This document shows, piece after piece, positions 24,001-34,056 of a stretch of 64,000 bases of DNA (its first letter is position 1; every line of letters starts with the position of its first letter). Below the pieces are notes generated by a model. The model saw only the letters and a list, made by a program, of their open reading frames with translations, was not told the origin of the DNA and searched no databases. The position numbers were made by a program, and so were the translations under genes. The DNA comes from Azolla caroliniana (Eukaryota; Plantae; Polypodiophyta). Location: the NCBI GenBank assembly GCA_043228905.1, contig JBHGNT010000018.1:7440001-7504000 (forward strand), given 5' to 3'.

Positions 24001-25171
24001 ATTCGAGAAGAAAGGGAAGGAGCACCTGGTATGCCGGTTGAAGAAGAGCCTTTACGGACTGAAGCAGGCTCCCCGGCAATGGTACCGGAAGTTCGACTCC
24101 TTCATGACCGACGAAGGGTACCACAAAACGCAGTCTGATCACTGCGTGTTTGTGAAGAAGTTCGAAGGAGGAGACTCTCTAATACTCCTCCTGTACGTGG
24201 ACGACATGTTGATCGTCGGACGGGACCAGGTCAAGATACGGATGCTGAAGAAGGCGCTTTACCGAACCTTCTCAATGAAGGACCTGGGTCCGGCGAGGCA
24301 AATACTAGGGATGCACATCATCCGGGACCGGAAGAAGAAGCAGTTGTGGCTGTCACAGGAGAAGTACGTGACGAAGGTGCTTCACCGGTTCAACATGTCG
24401 GAAGCAAGACCGGTCGGATCGACCCTCCCGACAAACTGCAAGCTGTCCAGCAAGCAAAGTCCCAAGACAAAGGCTGAAAAGGAGGATATGATGAAAGTAC
24501 CGTATGCCTCAGCCGTCGGAAGCTTGATGTACGCAATGGTGTGTACAAGACCGGACATAGGATATGCAGTTGGAGTGGTGAGCCGGTACATGAGCAATCC
24601 CGGCAAAGAGCACTGGAAGGCGGTCAAGTGGATACTCCGATACCTGAAGGGCACGGCAAACGTGTGCCTCCGATTCGGCTCCGGTAAACCCGAATTCGAC
24701 GGCTTTACCAATTCGGATATGTCGGCTGATGCAGATACCAGCCGGTCCACATTAGGGTATGTGATGACGTATGCAGGTGGAGCTGTTTCGTGGCAGTCGA
24801 GGCTGCAGAAGACGGTTGCGTTGTCAACCACGGAGGCGGAGTACATGGCGGCTGTTGAAGGCGGCAAGGAAATAATATGGATGAAGGACTTCATTAGAGA
24901 GCTCGGTATCCAGCAGGAGGAGTACCGACTCTACTGCGACAGTCAGAGTGCCATCCACCTTGCGAAGAACGCGGCCTACCATTCCCGGACGAAACACATC
25001 CAGCGTAGATACCACTGGATCCGGGAGAGGATAGAAGACGAGGAGTTCGTGCTGACGAAGATCCACACGGACGAGAACGGGTCGGATATGCTGACCAAGG
25101 TGCTCACACCTGACAAGCTGGAAGCATGCCGGAAGAGGATCGGGTTGGAGAGACATCCCATGCCGAAGTGA
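21098..25171 (+). CDS. Uninterrupted copia Gag-PR-INT-RT-RNase H polyprotein (1357 aa)
   Basis: CFHCGKPGHFRKNC, VVDSGAS, HKRLCH..C..C, HTD..ADNGGE..AERMN, YVDD, STTEAEY, YCDSQSA. First ATG after the PBS. Confidence 0.96.
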   Translation: MEGGSSGQPGMMVLNAQNYADWKIKMEDLLIVRDLYEPIDRSEIPKGVLETEWRLLNRKAVATIRQYVDVSVLQHVANDTNAYEMWRKLSGLYERKNALNRTSLMRKIVNLKYRDGESMVEHVSTFMGFVNQLAAIKFPLEDAMQAIILMCTLPDSWENLVVTLSTSCAEDNLSLQTVKTSILNEEARRRDKEPVSDSKALLTESERGRQWNRSPQRREKSGTRSQSRGRPTCFHCGKPGHFRKNCRHYRKDNGADDTDSKKSPERNGAYRGATDRRGPDRRGQDRKGTTALAASEEEIMLITEERELNLAGEEMTWVVDSGASFHLTPEKKYFSSYTAGEHGCVRMGNEGTCRIAGIGDVWLLTSTGCKMLLKDVRHVPEVRLNLISAGRLDDEGYTGSIRNGVMKFSKGSLIVARARKVNTLYLMNSRLCPEELNVAADTAGELWHKRLCHMSEKGMKRLAEDNLIPVKHVHLEKCTDCLAGKQNRTSFHSRPPTRRSAPLELVHTDVCQVETKSHGGAQYFVTFIDDHSRKLWTAPLKTKDQVLSVFKELHARVERESGKKLKAIRADNGGEYRGQFQEYCRSKGIRLEFTVPKTPELNGLAERMNRTIMERVRSMLAHAKLPKGFWAEAMSTATYVINRSPSLPLDGDTPQKVWTGKEVSYRHLKVFGCLAYVHVAKDRRGKLDPKTRPCIFLGYGDDEFGYRVWDPVDKKIFRSRDIIFMEDKTLADWESEKKMKSSKSTGEDKLYEEQSRPARDRLALEDPAEDGEETEPAEEDETDTGTGPDPEMDSDEEETEEPVTEAPERRYPLRERRAPRRFPEPEHVLLTDEGEPESFEEAKLDTHSRRWLSAMQEEMDSLHENHTYELVELPKGKRALRNKWVFKLKPGDAGNPPRYKARIVVKGFQQKKGVDFDEIFAPVVKMTSIRTVLSIAASMDLEVEQMDVKTAFLHGDLEEEIYMQQPEGFEKKGKEHLVCRLKKSLYGLKQAPRQWYRKFDSFMTDEGYHKTQSDHCVFVKKFEGGDSLILLLYVDDMLIVGRDQVKIRMLKKALYRTFSMKDLGPARQILGMHIIRDRKKKQLWLSQEKYVTKVLHRFNMSEARPVGSTLPTNCKLSSKQSPKTKAEKEDMMKVPYASAVGSLMYAMVCTRPDIGYAVGVVSRYMSNPGKEHWKAVKWILRYLKGTANVCLRFGSGKPEFDGFTNSDMSADADTSRSTLGYVMTYAGGAVSWQSRLQKTVALSTTEAEYMAAVEGGKEIIWMKDFIRELGIQQEEYRLYCDSQSAIHLAKNAAYHSRTKHIQRRYHWIRERIEDEEFVLTKIHTDENGSDMLTKVLTPDKLEACRKRIGLERHPMPK

Positions 25172-28100
25172 AGGGGGAGTTTGTTGGGATTTCGGTCCCT
25201 CCGGATGGGATGTCCGGAGATGAATGACGGCAAGCCCGGTTGCGGTTACGGAGCCGGATGATGAAGACCCCGGTTACGGAGCCGGATGATGAAGACCCCG
25301 GTTACGGAGCCGGATGATGAAGACCCCGGCTACGGAGCCGGATGACGAATGTACCCGGAGAGAGATCCGGATGCGGAGACATATTTGTGAATATGTTTGC
25401 CAAGAGCCCTTGAGGCTATATTTGTAAATAGCCCGAAAGTCATATGTGTATAAATATGACTTAGGGCAAACAGTTTTACTGTTGCTTCTCATTTTCTTCT
25501 GTTTTTCCACTTTAGAGGAGTGAAGAGAGAGCAGCCGTGAGAGAGATAGAGCGCGAGAGACGAAGAGGTAGACGCCTCTGTGTATTTCCGCCGCCTGTGG
25601 CGAGGACAGCGAGCTCAAGGTCGTCGCCTTGCAGCTCGCCATTGTATACTTCTCTGTATAGTGTTGGTTTGGAGTCTTGTACTCCCGTGGTTTTTCCCGT
25701 CTAGGGTTTTCCACGTTAATCCCTGTGTACTCGCGTTTTGTTTCTCCGTGTGGTTCCTATTTTCTGCTCCATCGATTCGCGCTTACTCGGTTGTGGCCGA
25801 GTGAAGAAGGTGAATAGAAGGGTCTATTCCTTACAGGGTGTTGTACTGCTTTGCGTCGTGTGTGGGCGAACAGCTATTGACCTATGTTCGGGATGCAAAG
25901 ATGCCAAAGGGTGCGTGGGAAAATCTGAAGAAGATTTTTGCCGCGACCACCACAGCCAGGAAGCTTGAGCTCCGACAGGAGTTGAGCAACCTACGACAAC
26001 GCGACTTGTCGGTGGCGGACTATACCTCGAAGATCAAGGATATCTGCGACACCCTCGCCTCCATAGAGGTAAACATCGAGGAGAGCGAGATGGTCCAGAT
26101 CTGTCTCGGAGGTTTGGCGTCGAAGTTCGGAGCGTTCCGAACGGCTGTGTGTACCCGGGAGAATACGCCGTCCTTTTTCGACTTACAGTCGATGTTCCTG
26201 GTAGAGGAGAACCACGCGGATGCGTCGACGAGCACGCACACCGACAGCAGAATGCTGTACACAGAGGGAGATAGGCCCCGTGGACGTGGAGGACGAGGTG
26301 AGCCGGCGCGCAATGGAGGCGGCCGACGAGATCAAGGAAGATGGCACCGAAGTGATGCCGACAGCAACTCTGGACCCTCCGGAAACAGGGGGAGTCGAAG
26401 CGATGAGAACCGGCAAGGGAAGGCCATCGCGGAGTGCTGGTACTGTGGCAAGAAAGGCCACAGGGAAAGCGACTGCTGGAAGAAGCGCACCGATTTGGAG
26501 AGAACCGGTTCCGGAAACAGCTCCAGACATACCGACAAGGGAAATCGGCAGCGATCACACTACGCCAAAGACTCCGGGAGAGCTGGAGAAGGGTCTGTCT
26601 TCGTGACAAGACACGAAGCAAACTCAATGAAACAGAGCACCCCGAGATCGGGCGAGGTGTGGTACGTAGACTCCGGCGCGTCAAACCACATGACGAGCCA
26701 TAAGGAGTGGTTCTCGTACCTTGAAAAACCGATACAACCGGGAGTAGTCGCAACAGGAGACGACACTCCGCATCCGATCGCGAATGTCGGAGAAGTTCCC
26801 CTTAGCCATGTCGGGCAGAAAGGGAAACTCAAGAACGTGATGCACGTTCCGACAATCACGAAGAACTTGGTCTCGGTCGGACAGATCGTCGACCAAGGGA
26901 TGGAGGTTCGGTTTACACACCTCGGGTGCTTCATTGAGGAAGAAGGCCGTGTGATTGCGCAAGGGCGAAGAGACGGGAGGATGTTCATCCTCGATTCCAC
27001 TGACGGCGGCACCGCAATGTTCGCAAAGGGACAAAAGGCCGAGTTGGACATCGACTTGTGGCACAAGCGGATAGGCCACGTCAACTACCAACGGCTTCAA
27101 GATCTGCAAACGAAACAGGTAGTGTTCGGTTTGCCCAATTTTAGTGGACGAAACGCACAAATTTGTGAAGCCTGCCAGCTCGGGAAGCAACACCAACTTC
27201 CCTTCCCCAACGAGCGAAACTGGAGCCGGAACAAGCTCGACCTTATACACTCGGATGTGTGGGGGCCGGCACAAAACGTTAGTCTTGGCGGAAGCCGATA
27301 TTTCGTCTCCTTCATCGACGACCACACGCGGCACACGTGGATCTACCTCATTGAGAGGAAGAGCAAAGTCTTCGACTGTTTCCGGGACCTCAAAGGGTTC
27401 GTGGAAGCCGAAACGGGACGACAGATCAAGTGCCTGCGATCGGATGGCGGGAAAGAGTACTTTTCCGGTCAATTCAACGGTTATCTACAAAAATGTGAAT
27501 TCGGCGCGAATTCAGTTGTAGATACACGACAGAGCAGAACGGCGTTGCCGAGAGGAAGAATCGGTCGATTGTGGAAGCAGCACGGGCAATGCTGGAGGAG
27601 AAGAGCTTGCCCAAGTTCTACTGGGCCGAGGCGGTAAGGACCGCGAAATACATCCAGAAACGGATCGGAGACAAAGTGTCGTCGCACCAGCTATATTTCG
27701 GAACGATGCCGAACTTGCGACACTTGAGGGTGTTCGGTAGCATTGCGTTTGTGCATGTACCGAAGGAGAAAAGGAGGAAGCTGGACGCAAAGGCCGAGAA
27801 GTGCATCTTGGTCGGTTACTCGGACGAGCAGAAGGGTTATAAATGCTATAACCCTCGCACCAAACAAGCGCGTGTCAGCCGCGACGTTGTGTTTGACGAG
27901 TCCGCGTCCTGGTACCTGCCCCCGACTCGGAACCCTGACTCCAATCCGATCTCTGACGATGAGGTCAGCGAGGCCAACATGCCTCCGGATGAGCCCGAAA
28001 TCGAGACCTGTGAAGAGAGTCCGATTTCACTCCGGTTAAGTGGACCGATTGGACGACTGAATCGGTACGACCAGTCCGATGAAGAGCCGATGAGTAGTGG

Positions 28101-31084
28101 AGACTCGGCCGTGCATTCCCCGCGCAGGAAGCCGAGGAGACGGCTTACGCGCAAAGAGAAAGGGAAGAAGAAGGTGTCGGATTCCGGCACGGAAAGGAAC
28201 GAGTCAGACCGACGCGAGTCCGACTCCGAGGGAACCGGTGACAGGTCTTTAAAGATGAAGACCGCGTCGACCGAGAAGGCCTCGACATCAGCTAATGTGA
28301 GATTATGCCGATCTACCCGCCAGAAGAACCCAGTTATGCGGTTCGGATACAACGAGTACATGGCGCATCATTATGCGTACATGACCCGTATAGCGGAAGT
28401 GCGTGAGCCGGAGAGCTACGCAGAAGCGGCTAAAGACGCGAATTGGCGTGCCGCGATGGAGGAAGAGATGCACGCATTGGCAGAGAACGAGACCTGGGAC
28501 CTGGTTGACGCACCAAAGGGTGTGAAGCCGATCAGGTGTAGGTGGGTGTACAAAGTCAAGTACAACACCGATGGCTCGGTCAACCGGTAGAAGGCTCGAC
28601 TAGTGGCAAAGGGCTACGCGCCAAAACACGGCATCGACTACGATGAGACATTTGCGCCGGTCGCAAAAATGACGACCGTCCATGTTTTGCTCGCAGTAGC
28701 CGCGGCCAAGCGGTGGCACTTACATCAAATGGATGTAAAGAATGTGTTCCTAGAAGGTGACCTTGAGGAACAGGTGTACATGGTACAGCCCCCCGGATTT
28801 CACTCCGGAACGAACTCCTCGGCAGTATGCCGACTGAAGAAGTCCCTTTACGGACTGAAGCAAGCCCCGCGTGCCTGGAACGCAAAGATCACGCAACAAC
28901 TGCATCGGATGGGCTTCCTCATGTCAAAATCGAACTCTTCCCTGTTCATCCGGAAATGTCGCCACGGACCGGTTAGTATTTTACTATATGTTGATGACTT
29001 GGTCATCACCGGCGCCGACCTAGGTAAAATCGACCGCATGAAGCTCCAACTTTAGGCATCGTTCGACATGAAGGATCTGGGGGACCTTCATTACTTCCTT
29101 GAGATCGAAGTGATCCGTACCCCCGAAGGCATATTGATCAGCCAACGTCATTACGTGCTGAGTATGCTCTTCAAATTCAGGATGGCCGACTGTAAGTCCG
29201 TCTCGACTCCTCTGGACAGAACCATCAAGCTTCGTCCCGATACGGGAAAGGTATGCGACCCGATGAGGATCCGACAAATTGTCGGAAGCCTCATATACTT
29301 GACCATCACCCGACCCGACCTCAGTTACCTGGTCGGGGTGATCAGTCAGTTCATGGCGCGACCTACCGAGGAGCACCTTCAGTGTGCACAACGCGTACTG
29401 CGGTACGTAAGTGGCACTAAGGACCGAGGACTGCTATATCGGACCTGTGCAGCCGCGCAGTTAGTCGGCTACACTGATGTTGATTGGGCTGGCAACGCCG
29501 CCGATCGCCGATCCACGTCTGGATACGCGTTCTCTCTCGGGAGTGCCGCGATCGCGTGGAGCAGTAAGAAGCAGCCGACAGTTGCACTGTCGAGCACTGA
29601 AGCGGAGTACCGAGGAGCGGTTGTCACGACTTGCGAAGCCATATGGTTGAAGCGGCTACTTAAGGACCTGCAAGAGGAGGTGTCCGATCCAACGATGATC
29701 TACTGCGACAACCTCAACAGCATCCAACTCGCGAAGAACCCCGTCTTCCACGCACGGACCAAGCACATTGAGGTGCACTACCATTTCGTCCGTGTGCGTG
29801 TCCTTTCCGGTGAAGTCGAATTTCAGTACGTTCCGACGCGTCGGCAGACTGCCGACATCTTCACCAAGCCTCTTGGTCTGGACAAGTTGCGGCAATTCTC
29901 AGGTGCGCTCGGGTTGCGTCACCTTGACGTGCTGAACTTGAGGGGGAGAACAGTCCCGAACGACCAAGCAAGGCAGCAGGAAAGGAGCGGAGACCGCGAC
30001 ACCGAGTCGATTGACTCGTTTGAAGATAGATCGGCTAAAGAGGCCGAGGGCGACTTCGGATCGGCTGAAGAAGCCGAGGGCGGACCTGTGGAAAAGTTCA
30101 GAAGAGGACAGAAGGGGAGCAGCCGAAGGAGAGAGCCGAAGCCAACCACGCATAGGGGAGATGACGCCATCGAGGGCCATAAGACCGAAGACGAGTTGGA
30201 GACAGCCAACTCGGACGAGAGCGAAAACCGATCAGAGGTAGCCAAGTCGGTTCGGATGTTTGATTCAGATACGCTGAATCAACCAAGGCCCAAGCGGAAG
30301 AAAAGGCAGCAGAAGAGGAGCCAACACCGCAACAACAGAAGAGCTGATAAGGGCCGCATGAGAGTACAAGCCGACCGGAAGGGTCGAAGCGCGCGGAGTC
30401 AAACAGGTCGAGGAGCGCGAGCGAGGCGAGAAGCTAGGAGGAACCGGTGCTGTGAAGATCCCGAAGAACCTCAAGTTGAGCTTGAGGGGGAGTGTTGAGA
30501 GACAAGCTCAACATCGGCCGATCGGCTGAAGAAGCCGAGGACCGGATCGGTTGGGACCGATCGGTTAGGCCGAGTGCATACACCGGGAGGTCATTAGGAA
30601 AGATATTCCGTAAGGAATATATTTGGGAGTTAGTGTAGGAACTCTTAATGAGCATTGAAGTACTGTCAGTACTTCGGTCAGTCCTTCCGGGACTTGTATA
30701 AAAGTGTTCACTGAGCACGTCTTATGTACACAGACTGAGTCTTACTGTTGAATATAGTTGTTTTGTGTCTACTCTCTCTGTCTCTCCCGCGTATACCGTG
30801 TAAGTCCAAGCTCTCCATTGAACCTGTGTTTCCTTCCTCTGTTCTATCTTCATACCTGCTTCCGCACACTACTTTCTACAGATATGTTTTCTCTTCCTGT
30901 TCTCACCGGCTCTCTCTTCCAATTCTCACCAGGTCTCCTCCGGTTTCCGGATTTTTTCCGGTTCTCATCGGTCCTCTTTATTCATCATTGGATCCCATCT
31001 GGAGGGACCAATTTCCCAACAGTTGTGACCCATTTGATCAAATAGACGTCATAAGACTATCCATGTGTAATGCTAATGGATGAG

Positions 31085-31630
31085 TGGTGATGGCATAGAG
31101 GCACTAATGGGACAATCTTGCCTACCGAATAAAACAATATCCTCGAATAAGTGATTTCAGCGTCTAATATACAAGCAACAATGCTATTGTCATATAGCCA
31201 ATGACTAATTTTTGACATTTTATGATTAAATCCTATCGTATGCATTGCAGCTTCCACAAAAGTTCATTCTATGGTATCAAAAGTTTTTTCAATGTTGAAT
31301 TGCATGATGACAACATCTCCATTTGTGTATTTAGCATATTGAACGCGAATATAGGCCTTTGAATGTTGTTCATTATCAATAGTTTGGTATAAAACCATAT
31401 TGATTAGGCAAAGACATGAGTGCCAAGTGGCACCATGTGCTTCGCTATCCCAACATGGCTACACATATTTAAATGCCTAAATGTGGGTGGGCATGCACAA
31501 TCTATAGAGGAAAGCAATCTTCATGCAACCATAGAGTGTAATTCTATTCACAAGCACTTTAGCAATCAACTTATAAATCACGAGCATTAACAATATGTTG
31601 ATACGACTCATATTTCATGGTGCACAATGC
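31085..31630 (-). mobile_element. Highly degenerate L1/Tx1-type LINE reverse transcriptase relic
   Basis: Minus-strand segments VIYKLIAKVLVNRI, QYGFIP, QFNIEKTFDTIE and IGF..WLY..SVGKIVPLVPL correspond to LINE RT YKILAK.L.NRL / DFEKAFD / RQGCPLAPL. Confidence 0.7.
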
Positions 31631-34016
31631 TCTTGAACATATACAAACAATAATTTATGTTCTTGTGTTGTATTGTCTATTGTTGTCGGGTTGAGAGCCT
31701 ATATTCCTAAACTTGTGCCCTTGTATTTATTAGTTGCACAAGTATGGTCAAGGCATATAATTTTCCCAAATGAGATAATAAGGCATGTTAGTTCCCCTTG
31801 GTTGGAATGTGACAAGGAAAAAAGAGTTAGACGGCTTTAACCAAATGTAAGACAAAGTTGACTTATTAGAAATTACACACTTGGCCATTCCATGACATCT
31901 TACGAAATAGTACAATCAATATTAGTTACCTCTTATTGACTAGCTTACAATACTTGTTGCAAACCATAAGTTTTGAAATGTGGACCAAATTTGATGCTTC
32001 AAGCATGCTAATAGAGGCCTACAATTTTTAACATAGTCAAAGTGTTGAGAATCAAGCTCAACTTGGTCTAGTGTGTGAACTCACCTTGAGAGTGAATAGA
32101 CACTCCAACGGTCAAGAGTCACCATTAAGTCACCTCTTTGTATTCTAGCATTTAGTATGAGTCATAGAATCATATTCTATGACACATAACTTATGAGCTT
32201 TCACATTCCCCATGCTCTATGAGCCTTGTAGTTAATGAAGAGAGATAAAGCACCCTCCTCCCACCTTGTATAGCGTTGAGTCTTTCTCCTTTGCTAATAT
32301 ACTTAACCTTGCGTATACTCTGTCTCTCTCTCTCTCTCTATCTCATACACATACACACACACACACAGTTCACACCTATTCCGCTTCACAAGAATCCATC
32401 TCTTGATTCTTTACATGGTATCAGAGCGAGGTTGGTAGTTCGATCTAGCCCATTTCGCCTCATCGTGATCGTGTGTTGTGCTCCACGCCGACGACCAAGA
32501 ACCGGCTCATCGCTATCGTAGCTTCGCTACATAGCTCACATTCGAAAAGAGAATCGACATAATGAATACTCAAATGGGGAGTGCTCTCCCTACCAAGAAG
32601 TTGGATCTAAACAACTTCGCATCTTGGGAGTACAAGATGCACCAATACCCTGTCGGACAAGGCTATTGGAGCTACATCAAAGGAGCGCATGAAGACCGAC
32701 CCGCCGAAGCGGCTCCCGGATACGCAACATGGGAGCAAGCCGCAAGCCGCGTGATGTATTGCTTGGCGACATGTGTTCATGACCACATTCTCGGTTACAT
32801 TCGAGAAGCCAAGATGCCGAAGGAAGCGTGGGAAAATCTACAAAAGATTTTCGCCGCCAACACGACCGCGAGGAAGCTTCAACTCCGCCAAGAGTTGAAC
32901 AACATTCAACAAAGGGACATGTCCCTCACGACATACACCTTGAAGATCAAGGAGCTTTGCGACTCGCTCGGTTCAATAAGCGTAAGTATCGATGATGATG
33001 AGATGGTGCAAATATGCCTCGGCGGCCTCACACCATGGTTCGGCGCGATGTGAACCGCCGTTCTAGCATGGGAGAAATCTCCCTCCTTCTTCGAGCTCCA
33101 ATCAATGCTATTGGTCGAAGAAAACCACGTGCGTACAAGGAGCAATGAGTCGGAATGCCACATTTTCTACACGCACTCTAATGGAGGAAGAGGACACGGA
33201 CAAGCGAGAGGCTGATTCGGCCAAGGACAAGGCGGACGAGGTCCGACCTACGACAATAACTCCCAATTTCGGCCGCAAAATGGAGGCCAATGAGGAACCT
33301 TCGCAAGGAGGAGCTTCCACTCCGGCCCGAGCCGTCAAAACACAACCGAATGCAGATATTACGGTGTCGTAAAGAAAACTGGCCATAGGCGGATTCGGAG
33401 AGAAAGGCGCGTGAACCGGCTCTTACACGGATGGACGCGTAACTTGATATTTTGTACCCGATTCATAAACGGATCGATGGGGGTGAAATACGAGGCGGCA
33501 CGCGCTTATCAGGGGATTGTGCGTATCTCTGTCAAACGGAGGGGAGGACAAGGAATAAATGGGACTTGACAAGAGAAGAAAGATATCACGCGCAAGGAGG
33601 AGGAAGGAGGTTGCTGCAGAACGGAGGCCCGAGTTGTCTCTCTGCTGCTCTCGAATCGTCGCTCTCTGCATGTGTCGGGAGGTCGCTACCTCTGCTTCGT
33701 GGACAGCCCGTGTGCTTCCAGCAGAGTCGCTCCCCTTACCCCCCCTTTTTTTTTGTTTCATCAAGTCGGGTGACTGTCGTCGGTGTGCGTGAGTAGGGTC
33801 CCCGTGTCGGGTCTATTGCCGCTTTGTCGGTTGTAATCGTCGGAGTTTGTAATCTCTGTAATTATAATTAAGTGTTGTGTTCTGTCTCTCTCTTTCTCGC
33901 TTCTACGTGTCGGTGAATCTTTCTCTCTCTCCGTCTCTCTCTCTCTCGCTCCTCGGTCCAAGACCCCCGTGGTCCCGCCCCTTTCTACATGTATGCGCGT
34001 AACAACGCGACATCTT

Positions 34017-34034
34017 TGGTGAACCCGACGTGAA
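34017..34034 (+). promoter_or_regulatory. PBS complementary to tRNA-Trp
   Basis: TGGTGAACCCGACGTGAA, 18-nt complement of the recalled plant tRNA-Trp 3' end (TTCACGTCGGGTTCACCA). Confidence 0.85.
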
Positions 34035-34056
34035 CGGGCAGCAAAGGAGTCGAAAG

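Larger units (their letters stand above)
20413..25835 (+). mobile_element. Young full-length Ty1/copia element C (Tnt1/Tork-like) inserted in gag of A
   Basis: TSD gggtg. 654-bp LTRs 20413-21066 and 25182-25835 (about 3 differences). PBS-Met 21070-21081. PPT AAGGGGGAG 25171-25179. Confidence 0.98.
20221..30498 (+). pseudogene. Gag-Pol of copia A (split by C at 20413-25840; frameshift near 27495; stops at 28588 and 29053)
   Basis: EKLDRSNYASWSYKM, CWYCGKKGHRESDC, WYVDSGAS, LIHSDVWGP, YVDD, GYTDVDWAG, TKHIEVHYHF. Confidence 0.92.
16689..30880 (+). mobile_element. Ty1/copia element A (full length, degenerate), inserted in the 5' LTR of D; contains B and C
   Basis: TSD gatat. 388-bp LTRs 16689-17076 and 30493-30880. 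PBS-Met 17077-17088. PPT 30482-30492. Confidence 0.96.
11471..31021 (-). mobile_element. Degenerate Ty1/copia element D (relative of C), host of a solo LTR and element A
   Basis: 5' LTR split into 30886-31021 and 16227-16688. PBS-Met 16213-16223. PPT AAGGGGGAGAT at 11690-11700. Truncated 3' LTR 11471-11689. Confidence 0.9.

Noticed and set aside
21151-25233. Many antisense and alternate-frame ORFs over GC-rich pol regions (also in A, H, J)
   Set aside because: Shadow ORFs expected from codon bias, with no independent motifs.
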